Source: an uncultured Poribacteria bacterium
GTDB lineage: Bacteria > Poribacteria > WGA-4E > WGA-3G
Assembly: GCA_951813565.1 (NCBI GenBank)
Contig: OX638351.1
Coordinates: 3,744,001-3,808,000 of the forward strand
DNA length: 64,000 bases
Direction: 5' to 3'
The notes under the pieces are model-generated. The model was not told where the DNA came from and ran no database searches. It saw only the letters and a program-made list of their open reading frames with translations. A program made the position numbers and the translations under genes. This document shows, one piece after another, positions 26,615 through 37,486 of this stretch. How positions within the stretch are numbered: position 1 is the first letter of the stretch; every line of letters starts with the position of its first letter.

Positions 26615-29488
26615 ATGAAAAAAATAACAACCCTACTCATAATATCCCTTACAATCTTCGCAATCACCACCGCAACCATAGCCCAAGAAAAATGGCAACA
26701 AGAGATGCAAAAAGATTTCGCGAAGGTACTAAAAGCAAACAAAGATGCACCCCAAAAACATCGCGAATTAATTGCAAAATGGCAAAAAGAGGGACACATC
26801 GCGGAACTCATCCAACGCTATGAGACAGAAGAAGTTAATCGCGCAAACGATGCAGCATTCATCTACGGATTAGGTTACGCCTACGCCCTCACCGACACAA
26901 AACAGAATCAAAATGCCGAAGAAAAGGCAATCGGCTACTATAAAACCGCACTCCAGCTTGACCCATCGCTGTTTTGGGCACATTACAGTCTCGGTGCTAT
27001 CTACCAAAAACAACAAAAATACGACCAAGCACTCACCAAATTTCAAACCTGTCTCACCTTAAATCCAGAATACTATCCCGCGCATTACTACATAGGCGAA
27101 ATCCATCTCAAACAAGGCAAACATACCGAAGCGCTCCGATCCTTTGAAGTTGCACAAACTTTAAATCCGAAGTGGGAATACCCAATTTATGGTAAGGGAT
27201 TGGTTTACCTTGACCAAGGCAATCTGAATCAAGCACGAGAAACATTTGAACGTGCCATTCAAAACAACCGCAAATTCGCACCCGCATACATCAAACTGGG
27301 TCAAGTGCTTGCAAAAGAAAAGTTCTTTGATGAAGCACTACAAGAATACCAAAAAGCAGCAGAATATCAACCTTACACCGCAACAGATGTCTTTGATCTC
27401 GCAGTCATTTTTGCTGAGGCAGACAACACAGATGGCGCTGTCCAGTTGTATCAACGTGCGTTGGAAATTGACCCAACGCACGGCCCCGCAAATTTCGCTG
27501 TCGCTGATATTCTCTACACGCGAGGCGATGTCAAAACCGCAGTTATCCATTATCAAAAAGCAATCACCGGTAAACCTGCCCTCAAAAACAGATTTTTTGA
27601 ACCTTTACAACCCTACTTCACAGGAATTATGGACGTAGATGAGGCACGCGGACTGCTTGAAAAGGCAATGGCTGTCCTTCCAGAAGACCCGCGTTCCTAC
27701 TTCTATATGGCGAAACTTGAAAAAGATACCAGTAACCCAGAAAAAGCCATAGAGCATTACAAAAAGACGCTTGAGATTATTGATGCTGACCCAAGTTATC
27801 TTGAGCTGCAAATTCCGCACGGACACTTCCATGATTCGCATGTCCAATTGGGTGATCTGTATCGTCAACAAGGCGATTTGGACACAGCGGCAACACATTA
27901 TCGGCGTGCACTTGAACTTGATCCCGCATTAGCCACCCGTTTCTGGGAACAAGGCAAAACCGCTTTTGATTCGGGCAACTATAAAGATGCAGCTGAGTCG
28001 TTAAACGTCCATATCATCCTATTCCCTAAAGATATTGACGCCACCTATCTTCTGGCACAGACTTATGACGCGAATGAGGATAAAGCAAACGCGCTTGTCT
28101 ATTACGAAAAAACATTGCAGTTGGATGCCAATCGACCAGATGTGCTTTACAAGATGGTTCATATCTATCGCGAAGGCGAATCGCATCAGAATGCGATAGA
28201 TGCATTGAAGAAAATCATCGCTATTGACTCATCGGACGCGCAGGCGCACTATCTATCTGGACTCTCTCATCTTGCACTGGAACAGCACGATGCTGCCCTA
28301 TCAGCGTTTCTGGAAACCGCGCGCCTCACACCCGACAATGTCGCAGCACAATATCATGTTGGCATGTTATATGAAAAGAAAGGTGATATTGACAACGCCA
28401 TTGTGTATTTTGAAAAAACTATTGCGCTTGATCCAGAAAACGCAGAACCGTTCTTCAGACTCGGTGGCATCTATCAACAGCGCAAGGATGAAGACAACAT
28501 GATCCGTGTATATCAACCCGCGTTGGTACTTGAACCTAATCATCCAAATGTTCACCATACACTCGCTGCTATCTTCGAAAAACGGTTCAAGAGCGGTCCA
28601 GAAGATAGACAAGCAGACAACATCCAACAAGCATTTCATCATTATGCATTAGCAAACGAGCATGATCCGGAGCATTTTGACTGGCACTTTAGCTACGCTC
28701 GGTTATTGGACACCCACGCTGAAACACTTGAAGACTTCCATAAGCATGCTGAAATGGCGGTTAAAGAGTATACCGCAACAATTGCGCTCAATCCAGGATA
28801 TGTTGACGCATATTTCCATCGCGGCATGATTACAAACCGATATAAACGGATAGGAAATACGCTTTACCGTAGCAGTCAGATTTTAGAAGACTTCAAGCAG
28901 GTTGTGGATTTAGACCCCAAAAATGTTGATGCACACTACTATATCGGAACACTGCAACTCTGGATTGAGCAGCACAAACTCGCTGAAGAGACGTTCCAAA
29001 AAGTGATACAACTGGATCCGAAATATAAAGGCGTTCATACACAACTTGGAAAACTTGCTGAACGGGAACAAAATTGGAAAAAAGCAATCCAGCTTTATGA
29101 AAAAGAGATAGCAATTGATGATAAAGCCATTGAAGCATATCAACGTCTCGGCGACCTATACTATAATTCTGAGTTGGATTTAAATAAAGCAAAAGATATG
29201 TTAACGAAGGCACTGGCATTAAACGACTCGCATGTTCCCTCCATTATAGTGTATGCTAACGTGCTTTACAGTATGGACCAGCTTGGCGCAGCAGCCGATC
29301 AGTTTGAACTTGTGCTACAATTGGAGCCTCGCAATTTGACCGCGAACTACAATCTCGCCTTGATGTATGAATATACAGAACGAACAGAATTAGCAAAAGA
29401 ACAGTGGAAACAATTTCTTAAATTAAATCCACCTGAACAGTGGAAGGTTGAGGCAGAAAATCATCTCAACAAACTCGGTGTAAAATAG
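26615..29488 (+). CDS. Secreted multi-TPR protein
   Basis: Signal peptide and a long run of 34-aa TPR-like units (e.g. ALQLDP...AHYSLG). Confidence 0.9.
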   Translation: MKKITTLLIISLTIFAITTATIAQEKWQQEMQKDFAKVLKANKDAPQKHRELIAKWQKEGHIAELIQRYETEEVNRANDAAFIYGLGYAYALTDTKQNQNAEEKAIGYYKTALQLDPSLFWAHYSLGAIYQKQQKYDQALTKFQTCLTLNPEYYPAHYYIGEIHLKQGKHTEALRSFEVAQTLNPKWEYPIYGKGLVYLDQGNLNQARETFERAIQNNRKFAPAYIKLGQVLAKEKFFDEALQEYQKAAEYQPYTATDVFDLAVIFAEADNTDGAVQLYQRALEIDPTHGPANFAVADILYTRGDVKTAVIHYQKAITGKPALKNRFFEPLQPYFTGIMDVDEARGLLEKAMAVLPEDPRSYFYMAKLEKDTSNPEKAIEHYKKTLEIIDADPSYLELQIPHGHFHDSHVQLGDLYRQQGDLDTAATHYRRALELDPALATRFWEQGKTAFDSGNYKDAAESLNVHIILFPKDIDATYLLAQTYDANEDKANALVYYEKTLQLDANRPDVLYKMVHIYREGESHQNAIDALKKIIAIDSSDAQAHYLSGLSHLALEQHDAALSAFLETARLTPDNVAAQYHVGMLYEKKGDIDNAIVYFEKTIALDPENAEPFFRLGGIYQQRKDEDNMIRVYQPALVLEPNHPNVHHTLAAIFEKRFKSGPEDRQADNIQQAFHHYALANEHDPEHFDWHFSYARLLDTHAETLEDFHKHAEMAVKEYTATIALNPGYVDAYFHRGMITNRYKRIGNTLYRSSQILEDFKQVVDLDPKNVDAHYYIGTLQLWIEQHKLAEETFQKVIQLDPKYKGVHTQLGKLAEREQNWKKAIQLYEKEIAIDDKAIEAYQRLGDLYYNSELDLNKAKDMLTKALALNDSHVPSIIVYANVLYSMDQLGAAADQFELVLQLEPRNLTANYNLALMYEYTERTELAKEQWKQFLKLNPPEQWKVEAENHLNKLGVK

Positions 29489-29606
29489 TAGGCACGCTCC
29501 GTGTGCCGTCCGCTTCTTGTGGGAGGGCTTTCTAAGCCCGGCTGCAAAGTAGCAGGCATACTCCGTCCGCCGTCCGCTTCTTGTGGGAGGGCTTTGTCCG
29601 CCCGAT
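29487..29606. repeat. BIME-like alternation of two REP types
   Basis: (GTAG..GCACGCTCCGTGTGCCGTCCGC + TTGTGGGAGGGCTTT..GCCCG) x2; similar units at 31826, 61153 and 12991. Confidence 0.7.
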
Positions 29607-29766
29607 TGAACGAGATTCAAGCAGAAAATCGGGGTTACAAACCCGCAGCATGCCACACGCGCATGCTGCGTTGATTCACTCCTACAAGAAAATCTATCCC
29701 TAAATTGACGCCAATGGGTAGAGTTTGCGAAACCCAACAAATTATTCCTGCTAAGGTAACCACACC

Positions 29767-30429
29767 GTGATAGCAATTGAAACCTTTCGCGAGACACTCA
29801 AAACGGAAATCATTGGAAAATCACATATAGAATTCCACACCGATGTCTCATCAACCAACGATACTGCGATTGCTCGCGGAAAAGCAGGCGACGTTAAAGA
29901 CGGAACACTTATCATCGCAGATCACCAAACAGCGGGGCGCGGCAGATACGGCAGAACATGGGAAGCACCACCCGGAAAATGTATACTCGCTTCTGTTATT
30001 TTTACGCATCGTTTGAAGCAGGAACAGGTGCATCTGCCAAACCTCATCGGAGCGCTCTCTATCGCGCAGGGAATACATACTATTACTGGACTGACAGCAC
30101 GGATTAAACATCCAAATGACGTGCGAATTGCAAAGAAAAAGGTTGCGGGTGTACTAACAGAACTTGAATATGACCAGCATCGTCACCCTTTTTTCGTGTT
30201 GGGACTCGGTGTCAATGTCAATATCACCGAGGCGGAACTTCCATCAGCACTTCGGAAAACTGCAACATCATTACAGATTGCCGCTTCCGAGATAGGCAAC
30301 ACTGAAATCTGTCGTCCAGAACTACTCAAAGCGATATTGTCTCATCTTGAGGAAAACTATTTGCACCTGAAGTCTGGAAATCTCCCATTAATTGATAGCC
30401 AATTGAAAACATGGGAAGAAGAGGAATGA
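29767..30429 (+). CDS. birA: Biotin-[acetyl-CoA-carboxylase] ligase
   Basis: SSTND, QTAGRGRYGRTW, KHPND, KKVAGVL, GVNVN. Confidence 0.9.
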   Translation: MIAIETFRETLKTEIIGKSHIEFHTDVSSTNDTAIARGKAGDVKDGTLIIADHQTAGRGRYGRTWEAPPGKCILASVIFTHRLKQEQVHLPNLIGALSIAQGIHTITGLTARIKHPNDVRIAKKKVAGVLTELEYDQHRHPFFVLGLGVNVNITEAELPSALRKTATSLQIAASEIGNTEICRPELLKAILSHLEENYLHLKSGNLPLIDSQLKTWEEEE

Positions 30430-30863
30430 AAATTCTTGTCAGTGCGTGCCTGCTCGGTGTCAATTGTCGATACGATGGAGGCAATAGCCGTAACGAAAAC
30501 GCGATCAAACGTCATCAGACAGATGAACTTGTCCCTGTTTGCCCAGAAGAAGCAGGCGGACTCTCAACACCACGTCCTGCCGTTGAAATCGTGGGCGGCG
30601 ATGGAAATGATGTTTTAGATGGCAAAGCAAAAGTGCTGACTGTAGATGGCGAGGATAAGACCGAAGAATTTCTGAAGGGAGCACGCCATGCGCTCGCTTT
30701 GGCACAATCACAAGGAGCGACGTGCGTTATCCTCAAATCCAAAAGCCCGTCTTGCGGTTGTGGCACAATCTATGACGGTTCGTTTTCGGGGACGCTCATC
30801 TCAGGGGATGGCGTTACAACCGCACTACTGAAACGCCACGGAATAGAGGTTATTTCAATGTAG
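30426..30863 (+). CDS. DUF523 family (2-thiouracil desulfurase-like) protein
   Basis: SACLLGVNCRYDG, VCPE, LKSKSPSCG. Confidence 0.9.
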   Translation: MKILVSACLLGVNCRYDGGNSRNENAIKRHQTDELVPVCPEEAGGLSTPRPAVEIVGGDGNDVLDGKAKVLTVDGEDKTEEFLKGARHALALAQSQGATCVILKSKSPSCGCGTIYDGSFSGTLISGDGVTTALLKRHGIEVISM

Positions 30864-31036
30864 GGTAGATATACAATGCAGGTTATTAAGTTTTCCGCTA
30901 TTCCTTGAAATTCGTTGTGAGTCATTCTTGTAGGAGGGGTTTTCAACCCCGATTTACCCCGACTGTAGCGCGTTAAGACCAATGTTGCAGTCTAACAATC
31001 TGAAACTGAATAGCCATAATATACGATCCCAACGCT

Positions 31037-31810
31037 TTAGCCAATCAATTTCCGTACTTGTTCCCCAATATCAGGACTGCGCATCAGCGATTCACCTACC
31101 AAAATGGCGTTTACACCTGTTTCGCGTAAGGATTCCACATCTGCCCGCGTATAGATACCACTCTCACTCACAACAACTTTTCCTGCAGGAATAGATTCAC
31201 GCAACCTGAATGTCGTTGCTAAATCGGTATGAAACGTCCGCAAATCCCGATTGTTGATACCGATAATCTCCGCGCCAACGTCTAACGCTATCTCCAATTC
31301 CGCTTCTGTATGCACCTCCACCAGAAATGCCAACGAAAGTGATGCAGCAATATCCATAAATTCACGTAGTTGTTCTGGCGTTAACACCGCCACGATAAGC
31401 AGAATCGCATCCGCACCTGCTACACGCGCCTGATAGATATGATAGGGATCAATCATAAAATCTTTTCGCAATAGTGGCACCTCTACACTTTGGCGGATCA
31501 AGGAAAGATATTCAAGATTTCCATCGAAAAAGTGAACATCTGTCAATACAGAAATGGCTGCAGCTCCGTTCTCTGCATACGTCTCAGCTATTTGCATAGG
31601 CTCAAAATCTTCGCGGATAATGCCTTTGCTTGGAGACTTTTTCTTTACCTCAGCAATAAGGTTGATATTGCCAGGCTGTGCAATCGCACTTCGAAAATCC
31701 TTTGCAGGCGGTAGGTTTGCTAACTTCGATTCTAATGTGCCAAGCGGCACCTGCTCCTGTTCAATTTGAAGTTCTTTCTGTTTATGAGCAATAATGGTGT
31801 CTAATATCAA
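31037..31810 (-). CDS. trpC: Indole-3-glycerol phosphate synthase
   Basis: IAEVKKKSPSKG, LRKDF, GINNRDL, SESGI. Confidence 0.95.
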   Translation of the reverse strand: MILDTIIAHKQKELQIEQEQVPLGTLESKLANLPPAKDFRSAIAQPGNINLIAEVKKKSPSKGIIREDFEPMQIAETYAENGAAAISVLTDVHFFDGNLEYLSLIRQSVEVPLLRKDFMIDPYHIYQARVAGADAILLIVAVLTPEQLREFMDIAASLSLAFLVEVHTEAELEIALDVGAEIIGINNRDLRTFHTDLATTFRLRESIPAGKVVVSESGIYTRADVESLRETGVNAILVGESLMRSPDIGEQVRKLIG

Positions 31811-31945
31811 CAGATTTCCTTAAAAGTAGCAGGCACGCTCCGCGTGCCGTCCGCAATTTGGCGTTGATTTAACGCTTTGTAAGACGCTATCAACGATGTT
31901 TCCAACAATTATAACATCTACAAGGCTATAATTGCAGGACTAAGA

Positions 31946-32956
31946 TCATTTATTTGATACCGATTTCAACCCTTCTAATTTTTCCAACGCGCTTCCCGAA
32001 TCAATAGAATTTGCTGCAATCTCCAATCCGTTTTCAAGGTTATCCGCTATGCCGCCTGCAACAATCGCAGCAGCAGCATTCAACAGCACAATATCGCGTT
32101 TAGGTCCCTTTTCACCTTTGAGGATATTCGTAGTTATCTCAGCGTTTTTCTCAGGTGTGCCACCAAGTAACGATTCTGGTTCAGTTTTCGGAATCCCAAG
32201 TGTAGTCGGATCAAGTGTATAGGTTTTCACAGCACCATTCACAAGTTCAGAGACGCGCGTTGTGGTTGTCGTAGTGATTTCGTCTAAGCCATCGTTCCCA
32301 TGCACGACGAACGCATGCTGTGTCCCAAGATTGTTGAGGACATTCGCGTGTAACTTTGTCAATTCCGATGCATAGACCCCAAGCACCTGTGCCCGCGCAC
32401 CTGCTGGATTAGTTAGCGGAGCAATTGTATTAAAAATAGTACGAATCCCAATTTCTCGGCGAGGTCCAATCGCATGTTTCATAGCACCATGCAGCATTGG
32501 CGCGAATAGAAAACCGATACCAACCTCATCAATACACTGCCCAATATGTTCTGGTGAAATCTCAATATTCACACCTAACGCCATCAACACATTTGCACTT
32601 CCACTTTGCCGAGTTACGCCTCTGTTACCGTGTTTAGCCACAGGAACGCCCGCCCCTGCAACAACAAATGCTGAGGTTGTTGAAATGTTGAAGGAATGCA
32701 ATCCAGTTCCACCCGTACTGCAGGTATCAACGACCAACGGCTGCTTTGTTGGCACCCGCGTTGATTTCGCACGCATCACGCGAACGCCACCGATAATCTC
32801 ATCTATCGTTTCTCCTTTAAACCGCAATGCTGTCAGGAAACAAGCAATTTGTGCATCCGTCGTTTCGCCTTCCATAATCTCGGTCATGGTTTCAACCATC
32901 TCTGTTTCTGTTAAGGAGTTCCCGTCAATAACTTTCTGAATAGCCTCACGAATCAC
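31946..32956 (-). CDS. trpD: Anthranilate phosphoribosyltransferase
   Basis: DTCSTGG, FNIST, KHGNR, DGLDE; GTG start at 32956 after GGGAGG RBS. Confidence 0.95.
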   Translation of the reverse strand: MIREAIQKVIDGNSLTETEMVETMTEIMEGETTDAQIACFLTALRFKGETIDEIIGGVRVMRAKSTRVPTKQPLVVDTCSTGGTGLHSFNISTTSAFVVAGAGVPVAKHGNRGVTRQSGSANVLMALGVNIEISPEHIGQCIDEVGIGFLFAPMLHGAMKHAIGPRREIGIRTIFNTIAPLTNPAGARAQVLGVYASELTKLHANVLNNLGTQHAFVVHGNDGLDEITTTTTTRVSELVNGAVKTYTLDPTTLGIPKTEPESLLGGTPEKNAEITTNILKGEKGPKRDIVLLNAAAAIVAGGIADNLENGLEIAANSIDSGSALEKLEGLKSVSNK

Positions 32957-33004
32957 GCTATGTTCCTCCCAATTATACTTTACAATTGATGTTTCCCTAC
33001 AATT

Positions 33005-34420
33005 TTGACATACTCCCAAGCCTAAAGGCATGGGATTCTTAGCTCTTATATTGGCAGCAATTGTTGTTGCCAAACGGCTTTTCTTGCTTCCGTCTCTCCT
33101 GCCTCCGATTGAGGTCTTACTTGGACTCCACAAGCGTTTTCTGTCTCGGTATGTCCTACCGCGACATTTCTTAGATTTATTGCAGCATTGACATCTCTAT
33201 CTATAGAAACATCACATTGACCGCAATGATATGTTCTTTCTGATAGCACCAAGTTGTCTTTTGTGTGTCCGCAACTGGAACAGGTTTTTGACGATGCGTA
33301 GAATTGCGATGCTTCTGTGACAGGTATTCCACGTGCTGCTTTCGTCTTAAGTTTCTGAAGAAAACCACCTAATGCACTATCAGACAATGCCTTTGCGAGT
33401 TTCCTATTCTTCAGCATATTCTTTATCTTCAGCGTCTCAATGCCGATAGCAGAGGTTTTATTGACAATATCCGTTGCAGCTTTGTGGTGTGCGTCATTTC
33501 TGATGCAAGCAATCCGATAGTGGATACGTGCTACTTTCCATTTCTGCTTTATCCAATTTTTAGACCCATTTGTCCGCTTGCTGAGCCTACGTGCTTCTTT
33601 TGCTACTTTCCTTTCATACCGTTTTAGCGGGCTCGGATTATCATATTTAGTGCCATCACTCAAGGTAGAAAGAGAGTTTATACCAACATCAATACCAATC
33701 ACAGGGTGAGTTGCTAAATTAGCAACTGCTTCGGTGTCCTCTGTGTCAACAGTGATAGATACAAACCAACGGTGTGCTGTTCTGCTGATAGTCACTTTCA
33801 TGATTTTACCTGACCAACGTAACGCTTGAAACATCTTGACCCATCCTATTTTAGGTAACTTGATACGTTTGCCAACAACTTGAACAAATTGATTATTTGT
33901 TGTGAAAGAATCCCTTTTACCACGCTTCTTATACTTCGGAAACTTCGCACGCTTGGATACCCAATGCGCAATCGCAGCTGACAAATTCACAAATATGCTT
34001 TTGTTCGCAACAACTTGATCTTGTTCCTTCGTCCATCCATGTTCCTTCTTAGCAACGTTAAATCTTTCATTCAACTTTGATGTAGAGAGAAACTCATCAT
34101 TATCTAATCCTGCTTTGAAATCTGATAAAGCGTGATTATACGCAAAACGGGCATAGCCACACTGCTGCGCAAACCACACACGCTGTTTATTATTTGGATT
34201 CAATGCAATCTTATGTGTTTTTAATGGCATATCACTACTTCCTTGAAAAGATACTACTTCCCATTGGTGTGGTAGTTGCACCAACAACTACCACTGAAGT
34301 AGTCCTATTAGGATGCCATGTTTCACGGTAAAAGTCAAGTGTTTTTGATTGATTAATGCCAGTGCCGTTCTGTATCCCCGAGCTAAAGCAACGGGGTTTT
34401 AGAACGGAATATTCCGATTT
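33005..34420 (-). mobile_element. IS1341-type (tnpB-only) IS200/IS605 element
   Basis: Right-end hairpin GAATCCCATGCCTTTAGGCTTGGGAGTATGTCAA; left-end hairpin CCGTTCTAAAACCCCGTTGCTTTAGCTCGGGGATACAGAACGG; left boundary approximate. Confidence 0.8.
33046..34230 (-). CDS. tnpB: RNA-guided endonuclease TnpB
   Basis: N-terminal HTH (CGYARFAYN), GIDVG, IGIETL, CSSC/CGQC, DRDVNAA. Confidence 0.95.
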   Translation of the reverse strand: MPLKTHKIALNPNNKQRVWFAQQCGYARFAYNHALSDFKAGLDNDEFLSTSKLNERFNVAKKEHGWTKEQDQVVANKSIFVNLSAAIAHWVSKRAKFPKYKKRGKRDSFTTNNQFVQVVGKRIKLPKIGWVKMFQALRWSGKIMKVTISRTAHRWFVSITVDTEDTEAVANLATHPVIGIDVGINSLSTLSDGTKYDNPSPLKRYERKVAKEARRLSKRTNGSKNWIKQKWKVARIHYRIACIRNDAHHKAATDIVNKTSAIGIETLKIKNMLKNRKLAKALSDSALGGFLQKLKTKAARGIPVTEASQFYASSKTCSSCGHTKDNLVLSERTYHCGQCDVSIDRDVNAAINLRNVAVGHTETENACGVQVRPQSEAGETEARKAVWQQQLLPI

Positions 34421-34461
34421 TCAAGAATAGATATGAAGTATATAATACCATTTCTAATTTG

Positions 34462-34520
34462 TGCTAAATTTTTAGCATTTTTACTTGACATTTGCTTTTT
34501 TAAGTGCTAAAATATTAGCA
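34462..34520 (+). promoter_or_regulatory. Promoter with two palindromic BlaI-type operators
   Basis: TGCTAA-N4-TTAGCA at 34462-34477 and 34505-34520; TTGACA(34485)-N17-TAAAAT. Confidence 0.8.
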
Positions 34521-34542
34521 TATCTTGAAAAGAGGTGACAAC

Positions 34543-34932
34543 ATGGAAGATTACCGCATTCCAAAACTGAGTCGTCGAGAACGGCAGCTTATGGACATCG
34601 TTTATCAACGCGGTCACGTTTCTGTGGCAGATGCACTTGAAGACCTTCCTGATGAACCGAGTTATTCTACAGTACGCGCATTGATGCGGATTTTAGAAGA
34701 GAAAGGGTATCTCTCCCACAAAAAAGATGGTAAGCGTTACATTTATCGTCCTACACAACCGCGCCATCAAGCAGGACGTTCCGCGCTCAAACAGATTTTT
34801 CACACGTTTTTTGATAAATCCATCGAAAAAACGGTCATGACATTGATCTCCGACGCGGACCTCTCGGATGAGGAACTTGACCGTTTGAGCCAACTCATTG
34901 AGAATGCTAAAAAAGGAGACACCTCATCATGA
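34543..34932 (+). CDS. BlaI/MecI/CopY-family repressor
   Basis: LSRRERQLMDIV, SYSTVRALMRILEEKG, RYIYRP. Confidence 0.9.
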   Translation: MEDYRIPKLSRRERQLMDIVYQRGHVSVADALEDLPDEPSYSTVRALMRILEEKGYLSHKKDGKRYIYRPTQPRHQAGRSALKQIFHTFFDKSIEKTVMTLISDADLSDEELDRLSQLIENAKKGDTSS

Positions 34933-37271
34933 TGCAATTTATTGATACGTTCTATGCAAATCCACTACTAAAATTTCTCGTTGATACCACGATCAAAAGT
35001 ATTGTAATTTTTACTGTTGCGGGTTTATTTTCTTTTTGTTTACGTCGTAAATCGGCGGCTGTGCGCGGGTTTGTTTGGAACATGGCAATCGTAGGATGCC
35101 TCATCGTTCCGCTGTTTTCTCTCACGCTTCCGAAGTGGCAGGTTAACGTCTTGCCGCAAACACCAATCAGATTTGAGACTTCTCAATTAACAGAAAACGT
35201 TCAATCTCCCGCATCATCCGTTCTAGTTGCACCAAGTGGGTCCGTGTCAGAAACTATGTCATCAACACAAGCGATACCAACGCTATCCGAACAACCACAA
35301 CCTGTAACTAACAAGAGAAGCTTGCTACCGACAATTCATTGGACATATTGGGTAGGGATAGTTTGGGCATGTGTTAGTGTGTTCTTTCTTGCCCGTTTGA
35401 TTGCTGGAATCAGTGGTATCTGGCACATCTCAATTCGAAGCAAAGATTTCAGCAGTACGATTGAAAAGTTACATCTTAATTGGAATCGGCAGTTTAGAGT
35501 CCGTCTCAGCGACAGAATCACAGTGCCGATGATGTGGGGTATTTTTCGCCCTGTGATTTTGCTACCGACTGATGCAGCGAAATGGCAAACGGATCGTCTC
35601 CGCGCTGTTCTACTGCACGAAACAGCACATATCAAACGTTGGGATTGGTTGATACAAACAATTGCACAGGTTACGTGTGCGATGTACTGGTTTAATCCAT
35701 TTCTATGGTTTGCAGCGCGTCGAATACGGATAGAAGCTGAGCAAGCGTGCGATGACCAAGTTCTCAACATGGGCTATCAATCAACCGATTACGCCCGACA
35801 TTTACTTGATATAACACGCAATGTAAAAACGGCTAAAGCTATTTCGCATGCTGCTGTAGCGATGGCGCGTTCCTCAAAAATTGAAGGAAGACTCCGAACA
35901 GTTCTTACTGAAAACCTAAATCGTCATCCGGTGACAAAGGTTGTTGTAGGGATAGGGATAATCATCCTCACCTGCCTTGCTGTACCGATCAGCGCAATGC
36001 GTTTGGCACAAGCAGTTGACTCAGAGGAGGCGTCCAAGTCCCAGCTGACACCAGGTAATCCTGTGAAGGTACAGCAGAACGTTGAGATATGCGAGCAACA
36101 CCTGCACGAAATTGGTAAGGCGATTCAGGCATACCAGAAGGAACACGGTGATTTTCCGGAATGGCTCTCAGACCTTTATCCTAAATACTTGCCAGACGCA
36201 GACTCCCTGCTTTGTCCTGCAGATGAAGACGGTGGTAAGACTTATTTTCTTGTCAATGCTGACCCGAAAATGTCTATGAGTTACGACTACCAGTTTCATC
36301 CTAAGTACCGAGAGGATAAAACTGAGGAACGCCTCATGTATGGGGACGTTTTGCCACTTGTCCGTTGTCGACATCATGAGAATCAACCGTTTGAATGTCT
36401 AAACTTGAGTTTTGCCTTTAAGGTATATTGGTCATCTGGTGTATACACACCGGATGAGATGTATGAAACCGTTGAGGGAGCCATTGAAGTTTTGGAAAAA
36501 GGACTTCAGCGACAAGCAGATAATGAAAGTTTTTTTTATTTCTATAATACGCTTGCCCGTCTCTACATTGAAGTCGGGCGCGAAAAAGATGTTGAGGGTC
36601 TTGTTAACCGTTTCAAATCGGTCATGAAACCTAACAGTCTATCGGATAATTTCCGCCTCGGTTCAATACTTGAGATCGCAAATCAGCATGAAGAAGTCCT
36701 TAAGGTTTTTGAGAAACTTGAGGAGCGGTATCCTGACAACTACCACGTTCTGAAAGAACTCGCGCGAATTCATGAGAAACTCGGTAATTCCGAACTCGCG
36801 GAAAAATATCGGGACAAGGCTGATCCGATGTCGGAACTGGTAGGAAAAGTTGTTCCCGACTTCTCTGCAACGGACATTGATGGCAAACCGATATCGCTGC
36901 AACAATATCGTGGGAAAGTTGTTTTACTCGATTTCTGGGCGGTTTGGTGTCCTCCCTGTATCGTTGAGATGCCGAATGTGAAGAAGGTTTACGATACCTA
37001 TAAGGACCAAGGGTTTGATATCATCGGTGTTAGTCTTGACACTGACGAAACAAGGTTGCGCAATTACCTCAAAACAAATGATATTCCTTGGCGGCAAATT
37101 TTCAGTGGGCAAAAATGGAACAGTCCGCTTGCAAAGCAGTATCATATTCGCAGTATTCCCGCACCGTGGCTTATTGCCAGAGATGGCACGCTGATTTCAG
37201 GCGAAGCCAGAGGGATTGAGTTAGAACGTCTTGTAGTGGAAGCACTCAAGGACAAAACCGAAAAAGAATAG
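34929..37271 (+). CDS. BlaR1/M56 peptidase fused to TPR-like and TlpA thioredoxin domains
   Basis: LLHETAH, YWFNP, EQACD; C-terminal LLDFWAVWCPPC. Confidence 0.9.
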   Translation: MMQFIDTFYANPLLKFLVDTTIKSIVIFTVAGLFSFCLRRKSAAVRGFVWNMAIVGCLIVPLFSLTLPKWQVNVLPQTPIRFETSQLTENVQSPASSVLVAPSGSVSETMSSTQAIPTLSEQPQPVTNKRSLLPTIHWTYWVGIVWACVSVFFLARLIAGISGIWHISIRSKDFSSTIEKLHLNWNRQFRVRLSDRITVPMMWGIFRPVILLPTDAAKWQTDRLRAVLLHETAHIKRWDWLIQTIAQVTCAMYWFNPFLWFAARRIRIEAEQACDDQVLNMGYQSTDYARHLLDITRNVKTAKAISHAAVAMARSSKIEGRLRTVLTENLNRHPVTKVVVGIGIIILTCLAVPISAMRLAQAVDSEEASKSQLTPGNPVKVQQNVEICEQHLHEIGKAIQAYQKEHGDFPEWLSDLYPKYLPDADSLLCPADEDGGKTYFLVNADPKMSMSYDYQFHPKYREDKTEERLMYGDVLPLVRCRHHENQPFECLNLSFAFKVYWSSGVYTPDEMYETVEGAIEVLEKGLQRQADNESFFYFYNTLARLYIEVGREKDVEGLVNRFKSVMKPNSLSDNFRLGSILEIANQHEEVLKVFEKLEERYPDNYHVLKELARIHEKLGNSELAEKYRDKADPMSELVGKVVPDFSATDIDGKPISLQQYRGKVVLLDFWAVWCPPCIVEMPNVKKVYDTYKDQGFDIIGVSLDTDETRLRNYLKTNDIPWRQIFSGQKWNSPLAKQYHIRSIPAPWLIARDGTLISGEARGIELERLVVEALKDKTEKE

Positions 37272-37486
37272 TGGAGTGTCTACCGAAATTTTGCGGGTAA
37301 GGTCGCGATTCGGAGATCGCTCCCGCTGGATGCCATACGCGCATTCAGCGTTGATTCACAGAACACACCTCTTTGTAGGAGGGAACTCTGATTCCCGACT
37401 ACTGACTTAAACCGGAAGTAAGTTCCCATAGATAAGGGAAATGTTCAATATTATTTCGTAAGAAATTTGAAAAGGAGAATACTGAA

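Noticed and set aside
32957..33133. N-terminal extension of TrpD
   Set aside because: Mostly lies inside the tnpB element; the real start is GTG 32956 with an RBS
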